Under the pieces are notes generated by a model. That model ran no database searches, had not been told where the DNA came from, and saw only the letters and a list, made by a program, of their open reading frames with translations. From NCBI GenBank assembly GCA_964580895.1, contig CAZOMD010000002.1, positions 17,886-72,839 of the forward strand: DNA of 54,954 nucleotides, read 5' to 3'. The stretch is from an uncultured Planctomycetia bacterium (GTDB lineage Bacteria > Omnitrophota > Gorgyraeia > Tantalellales > Tantalellaceae). Shown here piece by piece: positions 54,238 to 54,954 of the stretch; positions within the stretch are counted from its first letter, which is position 1, and the number at the start of each line of letters is the position of its first letter. Position numbers and translations under genes: made by a program.

Positions 54238-54954
54238 GTGAAGCGACTGATAAAGATATTAAGCATGATCTTAATCGCAGTCGTTGTCCTGGTCGTAGTA
54301 AAATTTGGTCCTGATATTTTTTTTCGCTACAAGGAAAAGCAGAAAAAAGTGGAACGTATCGTTGTCAAGACTTTCTCGTTTGATGACGACGGGCTTAAGA
54401 AATGGGAAGAAAAAAAATTATCCGGTAAAAAGACCAAGTATAGCGCTGCGGAAATAGAGGGCGATAAGGCCGTTAAGGCCGAAAGCGTTGATGCCGCCTC
54501 GGCGCTTTTCTACAGACAACGCTTATCATTTCGGGGTAAACCTTTTTGTAGCTGGGAATGGAAGGTCGACAAATTCCCCACGAGGAAAGGTCCGGAAAGA
54601 TTGGACTCAAAAGAGGAATTCGATTTCGCCGGACAGGTTTACGTGATATTTTATTCAAGGTTTTTTCTGAAGACCAAGGCCATACAGTATTTGTGGGCTA
54701 ACGGAACGGAGACCGGCACGACATGCGCGAGCCCCTATACCGGTAATGTTAGGATGCTGGTGCTTAGATCGGGGCCGTCGGAAGGTTGGGTTAAGGAAGA
54801 ACGCGATATCGCGAAGGATTTTCAGAAACTTTTCGGTGAAAAACTGGACAAGGACATAGTCGCGGTATCGTTCATGACGGATTCCGACAGTACGGACTCG
54901 GAAACTTGCGCGTATTACAGGAACATGGTCCTTGGTTATTTGGGAGATGCCGCG
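54238..54954 (+). CDS. DUF3047-like protein, 3' end outside window
   Basis: Open frame from GTG 54238 (or ATG 54265) to the window edge; absent from the track because there is no stop codon. N-terminal TM segment, then TFSFDDDGLKKWEEKKL...SASALFYRQ...CSWEWKVDKFP...FDFAGQVYVIF, typical of DUF3047. Confidence 0.55.
   Translation, partial: MKRLIKILSMILIAVVVLVVVKFGPDIFFRYKEKQKKVERIVVKTFSFDDDGLKKWEEKKLSGKKTKYSAAEIEGDKAVKAESVDAASALFYRQRLSFRGKPFCSWEWKVDKFPTRKGPERLDSKEEFDFAGQVYVIFYSRFFLKTKAIQYLWANGTETGTTCASPYTGNVRMLVLRSGPSEGWVKEERDIAKDFQKLFGEKLDKDIVAVSFMTDSDSTDSETCAYYRNMVLGYLGDAA

Noticed and set aside
1-54954. CRISPR arrays, transposases, integrases, reverse transcriptases and known defence systems
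   Set aside because: There are no regularly spaced direct repeats with unique spacers; the word-like tandem repeats are under 40 nt and irregular. No ORF carries DDE, tyrosine or serine recombinase, RT, Cas, restriction-modification or abortive-infection-type motifs.

Overview
This 54,954-bp window is almost entirely core metabolism and information processing, from a moderately GC-balanced bacterial genome that may be an uncultivated lineage (inference only). Every convincing gene, about 52 CDS plus one tRNA, lies on the + strand. In order they are: leuD(partial)-leuB-asd-truA; a ~2.2-kb accessory insert; rplM-rpsI; a complete arginine pathway in pathway order (argC-J-B-D-F-G-H); the DapL-type lysine pathway (lysA-dapF-dapA-dapB-dapL); folK-panC-nadA-nadX; a Na/Pi cotransporter; an IMPDH-family protein; dnaE, HU, hisS, aspS; phoH-pgpH-ybeY-dgkA/PAP2-recO-glyQS; ppdK; a sigma-70 factor; tRNA-Arg(CCU). 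The window ends with an envelope/signalling group: TPR, CARDB-like, pilin-like, tandem-receiver regulator, U32, transglutaminase-like, PHP, OM beta-barrel, DUF4870 and DUF3047(partial). I found no CRISPR array, transposase, integrase, reverse transcriptase or recognisable defence system. The unusual signal is in non-coding DNA. (1) The insert between truA and rplM carries a LapG/BTLCP-like protease, a ~610-nt non-coding segment with nested long-range helices plus a crossing 16-bp pairing and a terminal U-tract, and a palindrome-controlled AbrB-type gene overlapping a 57-aa ORF. (2) Several families of intergenic repeat or hairpin modules are shared between unrelated operon junctions. Some are bounded by 10-bp perfect inverted repeats that include the upstream stop codon and supply the downstream Shine-Dalgarno. 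One shows a compensatory base-pair change between its two copies. (3) A 720-bp gene-free tract lies downstream of the tRNA. All functional readings of these elements are hypotheses that need covariance, database or expression tests.
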